Shown here: positions 18,775-28,526 of the stretch, in pieces | Layout of the letters: every line of letters starts with the position of its first letter | Numbering within the stretch: the stretch's first letter is position 1 | Assembly: GCF_003428155.1 (NCBI RefSeq) | Contig: NZ_QLIR01000020.1 | Span: 1 to 30,518 of the forward strand | DNA length: 30,518 nucleotides | From: Fastidiosibacter lacustris | Lineage (GTDB): Bacteria; Pseudomonadota; Gammaproteobacteria; Francisellales; Francisellaceae | Direction of reading: 5' to 3' | Translations under genes and position numbers: made by a program | Notes under the pieces: model-generated | Seen by the model: only the letters and a program-made list of their open reading frames with translations | What the model was told of the DNA's origin: nothing | The model's database searches: none

Positions 18775-19974
18775 ATGGAATCACATTACAAAATTGCCAT
18801 TATTGGAGGTGGTATTTCAGGAATAAGCTTTGCCCATTTTGCCGCTTGGAAAAATCATTCCTCTATTGTCATCGAAGCAAGGGATAAAATCGGTGGCTGT
18901 ATTGAAACTTATTACAGTACAAAGGCGCACGATTTTTGGTTAGAGCTTGGTACTCATACCGTCTACAACTCTTATCAACACCTAATTGATTATTGCAACC
19001 AAAAGGGGCTATTAGAACAACTCCAAAAACGAAACAAATATCCTTTTAAGCTTCTTATTAACAATAACATCTGTTCGATTATACCTCAGCTTAACCTTAT
19101 GCGTGCAGGATTGGGTTGGCCATTATTTAAATTCACCACTGCCAAAGATAAAAGTGTTAAGGAATACTTTAGTTTTGTATTTGGCAAACAAAACTATAAT
19201 ACAATCTTACGTTATTGCTTTGATGCCGTGTTATGCCAGAATAGTCGTGATTTTCCAGCTGATTTTTTATTTAAAACACGCAAAAAAAATAAAAATTTAC
19301 CCAGAAGCTTTACTTTCAAAAATGGCATGTCCAGTTTGTTTAATAATTGCGAAAACGAGGTTTTCACGATTCGTACCAATACCACATGTAACGGTATTTA
19401 CTATCAAAACAACACTTGGCATATTAAAACTAACCATAGCGAATTAACGGCAGATAAGCTTATCTTGGCAACACCTTGGGATATTACCCAGAAACTTCTT
19501 AAAGATATAAACCATCCACTTGCAGACTTGCCACACCAGCCAACATTATCAAACCTCATAACGGTAGCACTTATTGTCGATCAGGATAAAGTGAAACACA
19601 TCAAGCCGCTTAATGGGTTAATTGGTGTGAATCAAAGCTTTTATTCAATAGTAAGTCGCGATGTTATTGATCATGAAAAATACCGTGGATTTACCATTCA
19701 CTTTAAACCAGAAAATCACGACATAATAAGTTTGATAACGAAGTTTTTAGCCAAGCTCAATATCCCTAATGATGCACTTATTGATACTTATATCAAAACA
19801 AATAGCTTACCATGTTACCAGACTCACCATTCAAGGTTCTTAACCTCTCTTAACAAGCGTCTTGTTCAAGATAATAGCCTTTATCTTACAGGGAACTACT
19901 TAACTCGCCTGGCAGTAGAGGATTGTGTTAAGCGATCTTATGAAGAATTTTTGCGTTTAGTATCTACAAGCTGA
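18775..19974 (+). CDS. FAD-dependent oxidoreductase, protoporphyrinogen oxidase (HemY/amine-oxidase) like
   Basis: N-terminal dinucleotide fold KIAIIGGGISGISFAHF...IEARDKIGGCIET and a C-terminal LYLTGNYLTRLAVEDCVKRS, typical of the HemY/PPO family. I set the start at ATG 18775 (MESHYKIAIIGGG). The ORF-track start at 18745 is a GTG. Confidence 0.6.
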   Translation: MESHYKIAIIGGGISGISFAHFAAWKNHSSIVIEARDKIGGCIETYYSTKAHDFWLELGTHTVYNSYQHLIDYCNQKGLLEQLQKRNKYPFKLLINNNICSIIPQLNLMRAGLGWPLFKFTTAKDKSVKEYFSFVFGKQNYNTILRYCFDAVLCQNSRDFPADFLFKTRKKNKNLPRSFTFKNGMSSLFNNCENEVFTIRTNTTCNGIYYQNNTWHIKTNHSELTADKLILATPWDITQKLLKDINHPLADLPHQPTLSNLITVALIVDQDKVKHIKPLNGLIGVNQSFYSIVSRDVIDHEKYRGFTIHFKPENHDIISLITKFLAKLNIPNDALIDTYIKTNSLPCYQTHHSRFLTSLNKRLVQDNSLYLTGNYLTRLAVEDCVKRSYEEFLRLVSTS

Positions 19975-20061
19975 TTATGTGTGTTTTCGAGATTTTCTTA
20001 ACACTAGTCCAAATCTGTTGATGAAAATATTCAACAGACCTTTAAATCATCAAAATGTAAG

Positions 20062-21591
20062 CTATAAATCACGCATAAACCATGCTTCCAAAGCTGCAAC
20101 CTGTTCTTTTGTCAACCACAAACCAAGCTTACTTCGCCGCCAAATGAGTGCATCAACATCAGTAACCCATTCTTCTTTTACTAAGTATTCCAGTTCCTTT
20201 TGGTAAAAGTTATAGCCAAAACATCGTCCCAAATCATCATATGATTTTGCATCTGTTAGCACATCAAAACTCTTCATCCCATAAGATGCGGCAAATCGAT
20301 AAGCGTGCTTGGCTTCAAGCCACGGGTACGTTTTTTTGAGTTGTTGCATAATTTCGCTAAAAGAATGTGCATTTCCACCTGCTGTTGGAACGCGATCCGT
20401 TACACAAGAGCCCATATTAGGGAAATAGGGCTTTAATTTATCAACCACATGTTGTGATAAAGTGCGATAAGTTGTAACCTTACCACCAAAAACAGATAAT
20501 ACAGGTAGCTTACCGTTTTGATCTTCTAACTCAAGATGATACTCCCTTGTGATCTTTGATGGATCAACTGAGTGATCATCATACAGTGGACGCACACCCG
20601 CATAACTCCAAATGACATCTTGCGAAGAAATATGTTTTTTAAAATAACCATTAATTAATTTACATAAATAATCTGTTTCTTCTTCACTAATCTCAATATC
20701 TCTTGGATCGCCCTCATAATTTAAATCAGTTGTACCAATTAAAGTAAATTCGTTTTCGTGTTCAGAGACAAAACCATACGGCAAGGCAAACACAATTCTG
20801 CCATCTTTATTTTGCAAAATATACGCATGATCACCGTTATAAAGTTTAGGCACAACAATATGACTGCCTTTTATTAATCTTACTCCAGATTTTGAGTTCG
20901 TTTCCAGCACATCATCAATAATATTGGCAACCCATGGTCCACCTGCGTTAACAATTGCCTTTGCATTAACCAAAACTTCTTTGTTACTATTATCCAACAG
21001 CTTGACTTGCCATTTTTTACCTTGCCTTTTTGCTTCTACACAACGATAAGGTATTAAGATCTTCGCGCCATTGTCTTTTGCTTCAATAGTATTAAATACC
21101 ACCATCCTGGAATCATCAATTCGGCAATCTGAATAAGCAAATCCAACTTTAAATTCATCAACTAATTGCTGACCTTCTTTGCTACCCACAAGCGAGATTT
21201 TTTGTGATTTTTTAAGTGACATTTTACCTGCTAGAAAATCATACAAGAACATGCCTATGCGAATCATCCATACTGGGCGCAAATGCTTAGCATGCGGTAA
21301 AATAAAGCGAAGCGGATGAATAATATGTGGTGCTTTTTTCAGCAGAATTTCTCGCTCCTTTAATGCCTCTTTAACGAGTTTAAATTCATATTGCTCAAGG
21401 TAGCGCAAGCCTCCATGTACAAGTTTACTACTTGCAGATGAAGTGGCTGAAGCTAAGTCTTTTGCTTCACATAGTACAACGCTTAACCCTCTTAAGCTTG
21501 CATCAAGCGCAATACCTGTTCCATTAATACCACCACCAATAACCAATAAATCTGTTTCCATCTCGTTATTTTCTTGCAATTGCATAATCAC
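20062..21591 (-). CDS. glpD: aerobic glycerol-3-phosphate dehydrogenase
   Basis: Colinear with E. coli GlpD: DLLVIGGGINGTGIALDA, ATSSASSKLVHGGLRYLEQYEFKLV, IKGSHIVVP, GGKVTTYR. The start is ambiguous between GTG 21591, ATG 21585 and ATG 21561. The last gives METDLLVIGGG and aligns best with E. coli. Confidence 0.92.
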   Translation of the reverse strand: MIMQLQENNEMETDLLVIGGGINGTGIALDASLRGLSVVLCEAKDLASATSSASSKLVHGGLRYLEQYEFKLVKEALKEREILLKKAPHIIHPLRFILPHAKHLRPVWMIRIGMFLYDFLAGKMSLKKSQKISLVGSKEGQQLVDEFKVGFAYSDCRIDDSRMVVFNTIEAKDNGAKILIPYRCVEAKRQGKKWQVKLLDNSNKEVLVNAKAIVNAGGPWVANIIDDVLETNSKSGVRLIKGSHIVVPKLYNGDHAYILQNKDGRIVFALPYGFVSEHENEFTLIGTTDLNYEGDPRDIEISEEETDYLCKLINGYFKKHISSQDVIWSYAGVRPLYDDHSVDPSKITREYHLELEDQNGKLPVLSVFGGKVTTYRTLSQHVVDKLKPYFPNMGSCVTDRVPTAGGNAHSFSEIMQQLKKTYPWLEAKHAYRFAASYGMKSFDVLTDAKSYDDLGRCFGYNFYQKELEYLVKEEWVTDVDALIWRRSKLGLWLTKEQVAALEAWFMRDL

Positions 21592-21668
21592 TTCATTAAT
21601 TTAGACTGTAGACCGCGGTGTATTGTAGCTGATTCCAAATGATTTTTCTAATCATTAAAATCACGGTG

Positions 21669-21697
21669 TTGACATATCAGCCAAATCAGTTCAAAAT
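21669..21697 (+). promoter_or_regulatory. candidate sigma70 promoter for rpsT
   Basis: TTGACA (21669-21674), 17-nt spacer, CAAAAT (21692-21697), about 118 nt upstream of the rpsT start. Confidence 0.4.
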
Positions 21698-21814
21698 GTG
21701 CTGCATTTTAAAATTTGACAGTCATTCCTATCCCAGAAAAGCGTGTCCATTTCTTGGTTTAGCGAACTGTAACCTAAAGAATTTAAGAAATAAAAAATAA
21801 GCTGGAGAACAACA

Positions 21815-22087
21815 TTGGCTAATACTAAACAGGCTAAAAAGCGTATAAGACAAGCGGAAAAAAACCGTCAACATAACATGGCTCGTCGCTCAATGATGAG
21901 AACGTTTATGAAGAAAACCATTAAAGCAATTGAAGCACAAGATCTTTCTTTGGCGAAAGAATGCTTTGCTAAGCTTCAACCTGTACTAGATCGTTATGCG
22001 ACAAAAGGTCTTATTCACAAGAACAAAGCGGCACGTCATAAAAGTCGTATCCATGCCAAAATAAAGGCTTTGTCACTTGCTGCTTAA
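21815..22087 (+). CDS. rpsT: 30S ribosomal protein S20
   Basis: 90 aa, [23 protein letters not shown] start at 21815 with GGAG at 21804-21807. E. coli rpsT is also known to use a UUG start. Confidence 0.95.
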   Translation: MANTKQAKKRIRQAEKNRQHNMARRSMMRTFMKKTIKAIEAQDLSLAKECFAKLQPVLDRYATKGLIHKNKAARHKSRIHAKIKALSLAA

Positions 22088-22124
22088 TAAAAATTTGCTC
22101 CTCAAGATTTAAATTAAGCCTAAA

Positions 22125-22150
22125 AGCTCCTATCATGGGGCTTTTTTTTT
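22125..22150 (+). terminator. rho-independent terminator of rpsT
   Basis: Stem AGCTCC (22125-22130) pairs with GGGGCT (22137-22142), including one G-U pair. The loop is 6 nt and is followed by a run of nine T (22142-22150). Confidence 0.75.
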
Positions 22151-22222
22151 AAAATAAAATATAAGGTCTTTTATTGCAAAATAATTTGGTGATCAGCACC
22201 TATAACCTCATAAGGATGTAAC

Positions 22223-23245
22223 ATGTACTCACTAAAAAAAATTGCCCAAATTCTAGGCGGACATGTACACGGTGATGAAGCCATTACTGTATCTCGCCTT
22301 GCAACGCTCAAAAATGCACAACCTGGTCAGCTTTCTTTTCTTGCTAATAGCAAATACCTTTGTGAATTAAAAACTACCCAGGCCTCTGCAGTTTTACTCA
22401 CTAAGGAAGCACTAGCACTTTGCCCAACTAATGCTGTCGTGCTTGATAACCCTTACCTTGCATTTGCAAAAGTAGCACAGTTATTTGATAAAGCTCCAAA
22501 GGCGCAACCTGGTATCCACTTATCCGCAGTGATTGCAAAAACAGCGATCATCGCAAATAATGTAAGTATTGGTGCAAACGTTTTGATTGGTGAGCATGTC
22601 GTGATTGCTGATGGAGCTATCATTGGTGCGAATTGTGTTGTTTTAGACAATTCTAGCATTGGTAAATACACCGAAATTAAACCAAACGTTACTATTTATC
22701 ACGGCGTTGAGATAGGTGAAAAGTGTATTATTCATGCTAATTCTGTCATCGGTTCCGATGGCTTTGGTAACGCTAAAGATGAACAAGGCAACTGGGTCAA
22801 AATTCCTCAAATTGGTGGGGTCACCATTGGAAATAATGTAGAGATAGGCGCCAGTACTTCAATTGATCGTGGTGCGATAGATGACACGTTTATTGGCGAT
22901 GGTGTTAAAATCGATAACCAGATTCAAATTGCGCACAACGTTGTCATTGGGGAAAATACAGCGATTGCAGGTTCATCGGGTATAGCAGGTTCTGTCACCA
23001 TCGGCAAAAACTGTCTCATTGGCGGACAAGTTGGCATCAGTGGTCATTTGTCAATTTGTGATGATGTGATGCTTGCTGCTGCATCTAACGTTAGTAAAAG
23101 TATTGATACACCGGGCTTTTACACAGCAGCCTTCAATGCACGACCACACATGGAATGGAAACGTACCAGCGCACGCATTTTTAGGCTAGATAAACTTGAG
23201 AGTCGTGTTAAAATGCTCGAGAAAAAATTGCAAGACGACAAATAA
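22223..23245 (+). CDS. lpxD: UDP-3-O-(3-hydroxyacyl)glucosamine N-acyltransferase
   Basis: 340 aa. N-terminal domain with [11 protein letters not shown], a long run of hexapeptide repeats, and a position at the head of the lpxD-fabZ-lpxA-lpxB block. Confidence 0.92.
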   Translation: MYSLKKIAQILGGHVHGDEAITVSRLATLKNAQPGQLSFLANSKYLCELKTTQASAVLLTKEALALCPTNAVVLDNPYLAFAKVAQLFDKAPKAQPGIHLSAVIAKTAIIANNVSIGANVLIGEHVVIADGAIIGANCVVLDNSSIGKYTEIKPNVTIYHGVEIGEKCIIHANSVIGSDGFGNAKDEQGNWVKIPQIGGVTIGNNVEIGASTSIDRGAIDDTFIGDGVKIDNQIQIAHNVVIGENTAIAGSSGIAGSVTIGKNCLIGGQVGISGHLSICDDVMLAAASNVSKSIDTPGFYTAAFNARPHMEWKRTSARIFRLDKLESRVKMLEKKLQDDK

Positions 23246-23267
23246 AAAACTTTAAGGCACCTCACTC

Positions 23268-23720
23268 ATGCAGCTTAATATTCAACAAATTAAAGAAATT
23301 TTACCCCACCGATATCCCTTTTTATTAGTCGATAAAATCATCGATATGGATATTGGCACAGGTACTGTTGTAGCACAAAAGAACGTCACTGCAAACGAAG
23401 AGTTCTTTAATGGTCATTTTCCAAATCAACCTATTATGCCAGGCGTACTAATTGTTGAAGCAATGGCACAAGCGATTGGTATTTTAGGTGTTAAAATGAT
23501 GGTATCCAACCAAGAGCAACTTGACCATAAAAAGCTATTTGTTCTTGCTGGAATTGATAACGTTCGGATTAAGCGTCCTGTGGTGCCAGGAGACGTATTA
23601 AAACTTCATGCTTCTATAGGTAAAATTAAACGTGGCATGTGTAAAAGCCATGCCGAAGCTTATGTAGATAATGAACTTGTTGCTAGCGCTGATTTTATTG
23701 CTGCCTATAGGGAAGTGTGA
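23268..23720 (+). CDS. fabZ: 3-hydroxyacyl-ACP dehydratase
   Basis: 150 aa. LPHRYPFLLVDKI and GHFPNQPIMPGVLIVEAMAQ. Confidence 0.95.
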   Translation: MQLNIQQIKEILPHRYPFLLVDKIIDMDIGTGTVVAQKNVTANEEFFNGHFPNQPIMPGVLIVEAMAQAIGILGVKMMVSNQEQLDHKKLFVLAGIDNVRIKRPVVPGDVLKLHASIGKIKRGMCKSHAEAYVDNELVASADFIAAYREV

Positions 23721-24493
23721 AAGTGATCGACTCAAGAGCAGTTATTCATGAAACGGCAGAAATTGCCGAGAATGTCACCATTGGTCCTTATGCCATCATT
23801 GGTGAAAATGCCAAAATTGGAGAAGGGTGTAACATTTCTGCTCATGCAGTTATTGGTAAAAATGCCATTGTTGGCAAAAACAATCGCATATTTCAATTTG
23901 CCTCAGTTGGAGAAGAGCCAATCGACCATAGTTTTCATGGCGAATTTTCACAACTGATCTTAGGTGATAATAACATCATTCGAGAATGTGCAACCATCCA
24001 CGCAGGTACTGCCAAAGAAGATGGAACTACCCGAATTGGTAACAACAACCTCATCATGAACTATGTCCACATTGGTCATGACTGTCAAGTTGGGAACAAG
24101 GTCACCTTGGTTAATAATGCTGCTCTTGCTGGACATGTTCGTGTGGATGATTTTGCCACTATCGGCGTCAATAGTGGGGTCCATCAATTTTGCCGAATAG
24201 GTGCTTACTCTTTTATTGCACATATGGCACTTATTACTCAAGATGTGCCTCCTTACCTCATGGTTGCTTCCTCTCCAACTTCTCCTTGCGGCATTAATAT
24301 AGAAGGGCTTAAGCGGGCCAAGTTTTCTACACAAGAGATCCGAGCCATCCGAGAGGCTTATAAAATAATTTATCGCCAAGGTTTACGACTAGTTGACGCC
24401 ATTGAAAAACTTAAAGTGATGCAAAAAGAAATATCTGCCATTGAACGTTTTGTTACTCTATTAGAAAACTCAAAACGTGGAATTATCCGTTAA
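23717..24493 (+). CDS. lpxA: acyl-ACP--UDP-N-acetylglucosamine O-acyltransferase
   Basis: 258 aa. Hexapeptide repeats plus a C-terminal helical domain (NIEGLKRAKFSTQEIRAIREAYKIIYR). The GTG start overlaps the fabZ stop (GTGTGA). Confidence 0.92.
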   Translation: MKVIDSRAVIHETAEIAENVTIGPYAIIGENAKIGEGCNISAHAVIGKNAIVGKNNRIFQFASVGEEPIDHSFHGEFSQLILGDNNIIRECATIHAGTAKEDGTTRIGNNNLIMNYVHIGHDCQVGNKVTLVNNAALAGHVRVDDFATIGVNSGVHQFCRIGAYSFIAHMALITQDVPPYLMVASSPTSPCGINIEGLKRAKFSTQEIRAIREAYKIIYRQGLRLVDAIEKLKVMQKEISAIERFVTLLENSKRGIIR

Positions 24494-25623
24494 TGAGAAT
24501 CATGCTCGTAGCAGGTGAGCTCTCAGGGGATCAACTAGGAGCAGGTGTCGTACGTCTATTAAGACAACATTATCCAAATGCAATTATTGAAGGCATTGGT
24601 GGCACTCAAATGCTTGGGGCTGGGCTAAACGGTCTATATCCTATTGAAATTTTATCGGTTATGGGTATTATCGAAGTCATTAAACATTTGCCTTCAATTT
24701 TGAAAGTTCGCCGTGGAATATTACAGCATTGTAAAAAGAACCCTCCTGACATTTATATTGGCATTGACGCACCTGATTTTAACTTACCTATTGAAGCAAA
24801 ACTCAAGGTTTTAGGTGTCAAAACGGCTCACTATGTTAGTCCTTCTGTTTGGGCATGGCGTGAAAATCGTATCAAGAAAATTAAAAAAGCGACTGACATT
24901 GTATTTGCAATTTTACCATTTGAAGAAACCTTTTATCAGAAGCACCAGCATAAAGCCATTTTTGTCGGACATCCTTTAGCCAATAAAATCCTTCTCACAG
25001 AAGATACACAAAGCGCACGAACCTATCTTGACATTACAAGCGAACACAAAATTATCGCTCTTTTACCAGGTAGTCGCATCCAAGAGCTTATAAGAATTCT
25101 ACCTATTTTCTTAGAAACATTATCCAAAATTAAACAAAAAGGATATCAATTTAATGCTTTACTCCCAGTTGCTAAAAAAAGTCTTTATACGGAACTAGAC
25201 AGATATAAAGAACAATTTGATGTGCTAAACATAAGACTCATTGATGGTCAGGCACACCGCGTTTTGCAAGCTTGTGATTTTAGCTTAGTAGCTTCAGGTA
25301 CCGCTACACTTGAAACGATGCTCTATAAAAAACCAATGGTTATTGGCTATAAAGTATCAAATATTACAGCTACTATTGTAAAGCATATGCTTAAAACGCC
25401 ATTTTTTGGCTTACCAAACATCCTAGCCAATGAAGAAGTTGTTCCTGAATTTATTCAGCAAAATTTCACCTCTGAAAATTGTGCTGGTGCTTTACAGCGC
25501 TATTTTGACGATGAGCATAAAGTCAATACAATCAAACAGCGGTTTACTGAACTTCATAAACTACTCATCCAAGATGCAGATTCAAAAGTAACTATTGAGA
25601 TTATAAAATTATTAAATTCCTAG
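24493..25623 (+). CDS. lpxB: lipid-A-disaccharide synthase
   Basis: 376 aa. N-terminal VAGELSGDQLGA. The ATG overlaps the lpxA stop (TAATG). Confidence 0.92.
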   Translation: MRIMLVAGELSGDQLGAGVVRLLRQHYPNAIIEGIGGTQMLGAGLNGLYPIEILSVMGIIEVIKHLPSILKVRRGILQHCKKNPPDIYIGIDAPDFNLPIEAKLKVLGVKTAHYVSPSVWAWRENRIKKIKKATDIVFAILPFEETFYQKHQHKAIFVGHPLANKILLTEDTQSARTYLDITSEHKIIALLPGSRIQELIRILPIFLETLSKIKQKGYQFNALLPVAKKSLYTELDRYKEQFDVLNIRLIDGQAHRVLQACDFSLVASGTATLETMLYKKPMVIGYKVSNITATIVKHMLKTPFFGLPNILANEEVVPEFIQQNFTSENCAGALQRYFDDEHKVNTIKQRFTELHKLLIQDADSKVTIEIIKLLNS

Positions 25624-25696
25624 CGCTTTTGCCTTTTTAATTGAGCATTGATTGATTAGAATAAACTATCGTTGAAGATTGACCTATTAAAATAAA

Positions 25697-26449
25697 ATGA
25701 CCAAAGTCCAACTCATACTCCTTCTTAGCATCATCATCGTTATCCTGTTACTTATTGACACATTTAGACGAAGTAAGCGTAAAAGATATAAACGTGAAAT
25801 GGCTGAGCTTACAGCTATACAAGAACAAGAAAAAACTGCCAAAGTAACCACTAAAGAAAAACATAAACAATCAACCAAACTTCATCAAAATCCCAAACAA
25901 GGTACTGCCGTTACAAAGGTTGAGTTAGAAGAAGACATCAAAGTCGATCCTAAATCTCCCTTAATCATCAGTGATTTTGAACAAATACAAACAACCTATC
26001 CTAAGCTTGAGAAAGGCATTGCTGTTTACTATATCAGTGCACCACGAGGTTATATTTTTAATGGCGAAGACTTAGCTTGGCTTTTCACCCAAAATGGACT
26101 CATATTTAACTCAGAACTTAAACGCTTTGAATTATTGACTGAAGATAAAGACGTGCTGTTTTTCATAGAGGCAGATGAAGAAACCCATGGTTTTGATCTA
26201 ACAAACTATAAAACAACCGATTACACTTGTCTTTTATGTGCCTCAAACTTATTAGAATTATCGCAATACTACGATGTTCCTATGTGCTTTGAGTATTTTA
26301 GCAATAGCATTAATCAGATAAATCAACGTCTAGGTGGTACCTTACTAAATGAACACAAACGCCGTTTTACCAGCCATGATGAAAGCGGATATAAAAGCCA
26401 TTTAAAAAATTTAAAGGTAACTGATCAAGTTACAAAGGATTCACAATAA
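25697..26449 (+). CDS. zipA: ZipA-like cell-division protein (N-terminal TM anchor, charged linker, ZipA C-terminal-like domain)
   Basis: TM helix LILLLSIIIVILLLI, then a K/R/E/Q-rich linker. The C-terminal roughly 140 aa follow the pattern of the E. coli ZipA FtsZ-binding domain: GEDLAWLFTQNGLIFNS...F, then LGGTLLNEHKRRFT against GGVVLDDQRRMMT. This is recognised by eye only. Confidence 0.55.
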   Translation: MTKVQLILLLSIIIVILLLIDTFRRSKRKRYKREMAELTAIQEQEKTAKVTTKEKHKQSTKLHQNPKQGTAVTKVELEEDIKVDPKSPLIISDFEQIQTTYPKLEKGIAVYYISAPRGYIFNGEDLAWLFTQNGLIFNSELKRFELLTEDKDVLFFIEADEETHGFDLTNYKTTDYTCLLCASNLLELSQYYDVPMCFEYFSNSINQINQRLGGTLLNEHKRRFTSHDESGYKSHLKNLKVTDQVTKDSQ

Positions 26450-26475
26450 AAGTAAAATACCTAGCTTAATATGAT

Positions 26476-27198
26476 TTATAATCCACAACCATAATCCCAG
26501 CTACAGGTTTTGGCGAATTCATCGTAGTAATTATTGTTTTTTTCAAGGTTTTTAAGATAGTTTCTAAAATTTTGTTGAAACATCGTCTGCTTGAGTCTAG
26601 TTTCTAAATCGATAACCCTTGCAGTATCTATATCACTTAATGTCATAATATCCCGTTTAGTGAAATGAATACATGGCTGACATTCTAATGAACGATGCTT
26701 AAGTGGAGTTTGAAAGGGTGTTTTTGCAATGAGCTGATCACGCTGTTCTTCAGTCACATTTGCCAATAAATACTGTACTTGACGACTGTCATAACGATCA
26801 GATTCTTTGACTCTATCTGGTAAATCTGCTTGAACTTTACTCATGCTACGACGATTTGCCAATAAAATAATCGCATCTAACGTCTCATCGTGTTCTTCTA
26901 ACCAATTTAATATTGTAATACCTTTTAAAAACCCAGCACACCAGTGAAATTGTTGTGACGGAAATTGTCTACGCGTTTCAACCAATTTACTAAAGCCATG
27001 CTCTGCTTTAAGCTTATGATGACTAAACCCTAAAGAAGTTATCCAAGCACTTGCTTTTTCAACGCGCGCTTGCCAACTTTGTGCCTGCCAAGCTGTATCA
27101 ACTGACAATACTACAACGTCCTTAAACTTTAACTCATAGATTTTTTGAATTAAGGCTATGCTATCATCACCAAAGTTCGCAATAATGCAATACATCAT
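26476..27198 (-). CDS. PAPS-reductase-family (PP-loop-like) protein, function unknown
   Basis: 240 aa. Degenerate N-terminal PP-loop position (ANFGDDS), then RRQFPSQQFHWCAGFLKGITILNWL, resembling the R-x-FPS..WC...LK..P..WL block of PAPS reductase/DndC-like proteins. A later ECQPC recalls the ECG(L)H catalytic Cys region of CysH. The ATG overlaps the trpS stop (TAATG). Confidence 0.5.
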   Translation of the reverse strand: MMYCIIANFGDDSIALIQKIYELKFKDVVVLSVDTAWQAQSWQARVEKASAWITSLGFSHHKLKAEHGFSKLVETRRQFPSQQFHWCAGFLKGITILNWLEEHDETLDAIILLANRRSMSKVQADLPDRVKESDRYDSRQVQYLLANVTEEQRDQLIAKTPFQTPLKHRSLECQPCIHFTKRDIMTLSDIDTARVIDLETRLKQTMFQQNFRNYLKNLEKNNNYYDEFAKTCSWDYGCGL

Positions 27199-28220
27199 TA
27201 AAGACCGCTTTGTTGTTTAAGCTTATTCAACAATGCTTTTGCTTGCAGTCTTGCTTTTTGTGCACCCAACTTAAGATGCTCATCAATAATTTTTTTATTT
27301 GCAAGTAGATATTCATATTTTTCGCGCATAGGAGTAAGCACTTCATCCATTTTCTCAAATAACAGCTGTTTAGCTTCACCCCAACTAATGCCTTCATGAT
27401 AACGTTTTGCTAAAACGACAATTTCAGCTTCAGTTGCAAAATGGCGATATAGTGAGAATATCGTACAATTTTCTGTTGATTTCGGTTCTTCTGGTAATTG
27501 AGAATTGGTAATGACCTTCATCACTAATTTTCTAAGCTGTTTAGTTGTTGCAAAAAGCGGAATCGTATTATTATAACTTTTAGACATCTTGCGTCCATCT
27601 AAGCCTGGAATCGTTTGCGTTGATTCATCAAACATTGCCTCAGGTGCTTTAAGTAAATTACATTTATAGATATGATTAAAACGATTAGCAATATCACGCG
27701 CAATTTCAATATGCTGAATCTGATCTTTGCCAACTGGAACCAAATCAGCATTAAACATGATAATATCAGCAGCCATCAACATTGGATAATTAAAAAGCCC
27801 CATTGTAATCCCTGCATCATTATCTTTTTCACCATCTGCAATATTTCTATCTACCGCTGCTTTGTAAGCATGCGCACGATTTAACAGACCTTTTGCCGTC
27901 ACTGAAGTCAAAATCCAATTAAGCTCCATAATCTCAGGAATATCAGACTGGCGATAAAACATAACTTTCTCTGGATCAAGCCCTAATGCAAGCCATGTTG
28001 CGGCAATTTGATAAATATATTGCTCACGCAATTTTTTATCCCAAAGTTTAATAAGAGAATGGTAGTCTGCAATAAAGAAGTAGGCGTTAAAGTCTGGGTT
28101 TTTTGCCATTTCAAGTGCTGGTTTAATTGCACCAATATAGTTGCCCATGTGTGGCGTTCCAGAGGGTGTAATTCCAGTAAGCACAATTTTTCTATCTGCT
28201 TGTTTTATATTTTGCTGCAT
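27198..28220 (-). CDS. trpS: tryptophan--tRNA ligase
   Basis: 340 aa. TGITPSGTPHMGNYIGA (HIGH-type motif) and KMSKS. Confidence 0.95.
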   Translation of the reverse strand: MQQNIKQADRKIVLTGITPSGTPHMGNYIGAIKPALEMAKNPDFNAYFFIADYHSLIKLWDKKLREQYIYQIAATWLALGLDPEKVMFYRQSDIPEIMELNWILTSVTAKGLLNRAHAYKAAVDRNIADGEKDNDAGITMGLFNYPMLMAADIIMFNADLVPVGKDQIQHIEIARDIANRFNHIYKCNLLKAPEAMFDESTQTIPGLDGRKMSKSYNNTIPLFATTKQLRKLVMKVITNSQLPEEPKSTENCTIFSLYRHFATEAEIVVLAKRYHEGISWGEAKQLLFEKMDEVLTPMREKYEYLLANKKIIDEHLKLGAQKARLQAKALLNKLKQQSGL

Positions 28221-28357
28221 GATGAATTAGTTATAATTTTAAGAGAGCTATAAGTTTAACAGAAAGCATATATAAGCGTAAATCTTAAATACTTATCTAC
28301 TTGATCAATAGCTTTTGACTATACTAACAGCGAATTCACAATAAAGGAGTATCAAAC

Positions 28358-28516
28358 ATGCCAGGAATTCTAATTACATTTATCTTACTGCTTATCAGCG
28401 TGATAAGCTCGTGGTTTTATCGTAAACTCAGCATAATTTTATTTTGTCTGACGCTAATTTTCATGGGGTTTGTATTCTTACATCACGCTACCGACAACCT
28501 TGGACTATATTTTTAA
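28358..28516 (+). CDS. small (52 aa) two-helix hydrophobic membrane protein, unannotated in the ORF track
   Basis: MPGILITFILLLISVISSWFYRKLSIILFCLTLIFMGFVFLHHATDNLGLYF. AAGGAG lies 7 nt upstream of the ATG. Its TAA stop is embedded in the SD (TAAGGAG) of the next gene. Confidence 0.45.
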   Translation: MPGILITFILLLISVISSWFYRKLSIILFCLTLIFMGFVFLHHATDNLGLYF

Positions 28517-28526
28517 GGAGAAAACC

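Noticed and set aside
19103-19447. 114-aa alternative-frame ORF inside the PPO-like gene, and the 75-aa ORF at 19979-20206 overlapping the glpD 3-prime end.
   Set aside because: Both are out-of-frame or antisense shadows of better-supported genes and have no motifs.
20014-20038. Hairpin TCTGTTGA-(9 nt)-TCAACAGA between the convergent PPO-like and glpD genes.
   Set aside because: It could be a bidirectional terminator, but neither side has a U-tract and the stem is AT-rich. It is too weak to annotate.
28470-28526. ORF-track start of the DsbB-like gene (MYSYITLPTTLDYIFKEKT).
   Set aside because: It overlaps the well-signalled 52-aa ORF in another frame and has no SD. ATG 28527 has AAGGAG 7 nt upstream.
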